Of a stretch of 64,000 nt of DNA, positions 63,566-64,000 are shown one piece after another. The notes below the pieces were generated by a model that made no database searches, was not told the DNA's origin, and saw nothing but the letters and a program-made list of their open reading frames with translations. The position numbers and the translations under genes were made by a program. The DNA is from Neoconidiobolus thromboides FSU 785 (taxonomy: Eukaryota; Fungi; Entomophthoromycota). Each line of letters starts with the position of its first letter. The first letter of the stretch is position 1. Where the stretch lies: NCBI GenBank assembly GCA_025603075.1, contig MU626270.1:143882-207881 (forward strand), given 5' to 3'.

Positions 63566-64000
63566 TCAGTTTTTTTGATGGTGAAAAAAATCATCGGCAA
63601 TTTGTCTCCATTGCTCAAAAGGCGAAAGTATAGTTGCAGGCCCTGGATAAGGTTTGTGGTAGCTAGCTCTAGTCCAAGTAAATTCTAAAGGTCTATTGCC
63701 ATATTTCTCACCATCTTGTCTTGAAAAATTTCTTGTAGAATAAGCTTCACGAATTGTTAATGAAAGTGAAGCTTCAACTGGGAATTGCTTTGGTGCATCT
63801 GGATGATTTCTTAATCCAAGTTCAGCTAAATCATCCAATAGATATTCAAAGTTATAAACAGTTCCTCCTTGAATAGAGCAAGTGGTAGCTACTTGTCCTC
63901 GAACTCCTCCCATAGCATACGTAGTGACTCCATGCATCTCTTGAAGTCCATTGACTAATAAAGAACAAGTTGAATAGCATATAGAATTAGTAACCACAGC
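63566..64000 (-). CDS. S41-family (tail-specific) peptidase, C-terminal part; gene continues beyond the window
   Basis: VVTNSICYSTCSLL...GVTTYAMGG..GG resembles the fungal S41 motif (NGxCxSTC...GVxxxxxGG). ASLSLTIREAYS also fits. Confidence 0.65.
   Translation of the reverse strand, partial: AVVTNSICYSTCSLLVNGLQEMHGVTTYAMGGVRGQVATTCSIQGGTVYNFEYLLDDLAELGLRNHPDAPKQFPVEASLSLTIREAYSTRNFSRQDGEKYGNRPLEFTWTRASYHKPYPGPATILSPFEQWRQIADDFFHHQKN

Noticed and set aside
1-64000. U12-type (GTATCCTT/ATATCCTT) introns, tRNA or rRNA genes
   Set aside because: None seen among the introns I reconstructed, and no cloverleaf or rRNA-like GC-rich segment was recognised; a dedicated scan was not possible.

Overview
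Very AT-rich, intron-dense eukaryotic DNA with short GT-AG introns of roughly 40-60 nt. The gene content points to an early-diverging, non-Dikarya fungus; a Zoopagomycota/Conidiobolus-like genome is my inference. About 25 protein-coding genes could be reconstructed by splicing across the ORF track: TRAPPC10/Trs130, a NIPA-type transporter, MMAA/MeaB, COG7, cysteine synthase, a membrane-anchored BAG protein, MBF1, SEC31, a UBL-WLM (Wss1-like) protease, a TFG orthologue, FIGNL1, NSE4, a small secreted Pro-rich protein, a NAP/SET chaperone, DDI1, RanGAP, GrpE, an FG-nucleoporin-like protein, RRP14/SURF6, a Bem3-like PX-PH-RhoGAP, glycogen branching enzyme, two orphan membrane proteins, NPY1/NUDT12, UNC-45/She4 and a partial S41 peptidase. 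Most notable observations: (1) a fungal TFG orthologue (a COPII-site protein usually treated as metazoan), invisible in the ORF track because its PB1 domain is split over four exons, 2 kb from SEC31; (2) an FG-Nup98/116-like protein with two tandem GLEBS motifs and no autoproteolytic/anchor domain; (3) a ~99-bp MITE-like family (GGGGATGT...ACATCCCC, flanked by ATAT) with at least 7 copies, 6 of them in a 2.5-kb island around a decayed LRR-like gene; (4) several genes retained here but missing or reduced in model yeasts (FIGNL1 with its RAD51-binding FxxA motif, MMAA, full-length COG7, a TPR-like segment on UNC-45). No rRNA, tRNA or CRISPR array was seen. All family assignments come from motif recognition, not database searches.
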